64,000 nt of DNA from Massalongia carnosa (Eukaryota): assembly GCA_965645245.1 (NCBI GenBank), contig OZ287077.1, positions 2,108,001 to 2,172,000 on the forward strand, given 5' to 3'. The notes beneath the pieces are model-generated. The model was not told the DNA's origin and searched no databases. It was given only the letters and a program-made list of their open reading frames with translations. The position numbers and the translations under genes were made by a program. Positions 62,674-64,000 of the stretch are shown piece by piece (position 1 is the stretch's first letter; every line of letters begins with the position of its first letter).

Positions 62674-64000
62674 TGTCATGGAGTGACTGGGCACCTGCCA
62701 GTTAGTTCATTGAACCAACCTTAGCTGCTTGAACGAAGCACTAGCCGGCTAGCCGATCCGAAAGGAACTAAGCTTAATCCGGTTTAGTCAGGGCAAAGGT
62801 AAGTGTTCCGGCTGAAGGTAAGTGTTCGGACTGTCAATAGTGTCATAGCGATAGTTTCATGCCAGGGACTTGGGAAATTGGATCAACGGCTGGATTGGGA
62901 CTGGTTCCGTTCGCCAGAGTCTTATACTCGCCCACGTTGGATTTTCTGTTTCTTTTCTCCTTGTCGAACGTCTTGTCCACCTAGCTAGACAATCAAGTAA
63001 TACGTTTGCACCATCTGAATTTCTACCTGACCTCGCACCGTGACACTACGTTCGACCAGCCTATTCACCTGGTGCATCATCATCATGTCTATCAACCTCG
63101 ACCCCCCCACCGCCGTTTCCAATGCCAACGAACTGAGCAGTGCCGTGCAGCAACACCCACAAGCATGGCTCGATTTCCTTCTTCGCATCACCAACTTCGC
63201 GTCCAACGCTCAGGAAATCATCACCACCTTAGAGACCGACAAAGCAACCGCACTATCTTCCCTTGAACAGGCTAACGTCACTCTGACCGAGAATTCAATC
63301 ACCATGGCCGCCGGACAGGCTGTTCTAGACGAACTCCGCACCAACCTTGCCGATGCATCCTCGCAGTCTAAATCACACCGCTCCACTAAGCATCCAGACC
63401 CCTCTCTCTTTGGTGGCGACAAAGCAGAACTTCGAGGATGGATGACACAACTCCGGATCAAGCTAAACATCAACAAGGACCATTATCCCACCGAGCAAAG
63501 CAAGCTGGCTTATGCGCTAAGCCGCTTGAAGGAAAAAGCTTTGGAACAAATGCAGCCGTACCTAGAAAGAGATGGAAACATTGCCCTTGTCGATATGAAC
63601 GCGTTCTATACCAAACTGCAATTGGCCTTCGGTGATCCTGATAGAAAAGCAACAGCACAAAGGGAACTGCGACAGCTTCGACAAAAGAATAAAGAGTTCT
63701 ACTTATATCTATCCGACTATCAGCGCCTCGTTCCCGACACAGGCTTCGACGATGAAGCCAAACGATCGATTCTTCTGGACGGTCTCAGCGATGAGTTAAA
63801 ATCCGCTCTAATCACGGTAGACCTACCCGCTTCCCTGGATGACACTATACAAGTCCTCCAGAAAATCGATAACCGATTCCGCTCCGTTCAAGCATCGCTT
63901 CGCAAACCATTCACGTATGGCGGCACTTCCCGTTCTTCCTCCGCTCCGTCTACTCCGACCACCAAGACCTCTTCCAGTCCTACCACCCCCGCTCCTCGAC
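62674..64000 (+). mobile_element. Ty3/Gypsy element H: 5' LTR (62674-63045) and gag, running off the window
   Basis: LTR TGTCATGG...CCGTGACA; PBS ACGTTCGAC complementary to LTR GTCGAACGT. Confidence 0.85.
63085..64000 (+). CDS. gag: Gypsy H Gag (partial; absent from the ORF track because no stop is in the window)
   Basis: MSINLD...KHPDPSLFGGDK..LAYALSRL..AFGDPDRKATAQRELRQLRQ, homologous to Gypsy G Gag. Confidence 0.88.
   Translation, partial: MSINLDPPTAVSNANELSSAVQQHPQAWLDFLLRITNFASNAQEIITTLETDKATALSSLEQANVTLTENSITMAAGQAVLDELRTNLADASSQSKSHRSTKHPDPSLFGGDKAELRGWMTQLRIKLNINKDHYPTEQSKLAYALSRLKEKALEQMQPYLERDGNIALVDMNAFYTKLQLAFGDPDRKATAQRELRQLRQKNKEFYLYLSDYQRLVPDTGFDDEAKRSILLDGLSDELKSALITVDLPASLDDTIQVLQKIDNRFRSVQASLRKPFTYGGTSRSSSAPSTPTTKTSSSPTTPAPR

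Overview
This is eukaryotic, filamentous-ascomycete-like DNA (spliceosomal introns, fungal chromoviruses, a DUF3435 gene and a fungal NLR), and the window is dominated by transposons. 1-0.6 kb holds the 3' part of a SAM methyltransferase. 0.8-36.8 kb is a nested retrotransposon stack: three Ty3/Gypsy chromoviruses (one fully intact with identical LTRs), three Ty1/Copia elements, a 5'-truncated Ngaro/DIRS tyrosine-recombinase retroelement, a probable solo LTR and MITEs. 37-50.6 kb is a co-oriented pair of degraded helicase genes (SNF2 ATPase and Upf1/DNA2-like SF1 helicase), separated by an inserted MULE and bracketed by two strong hairpins. 50.7-52 kb is a DD37E Tc1-like transposon. 52.5-62.3 kb holds a degraded DUF3435 (Starship captain-type) tyrosine recombinase followed by an intact patatin-NB-ARC-TPR NLR with 21 near-identical 126-bp repeats, flanked by direct repeats. 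62.7-64 kb is the start of a fourth Gypsy. All family assignments come from motifs read by eye, not from database searches.
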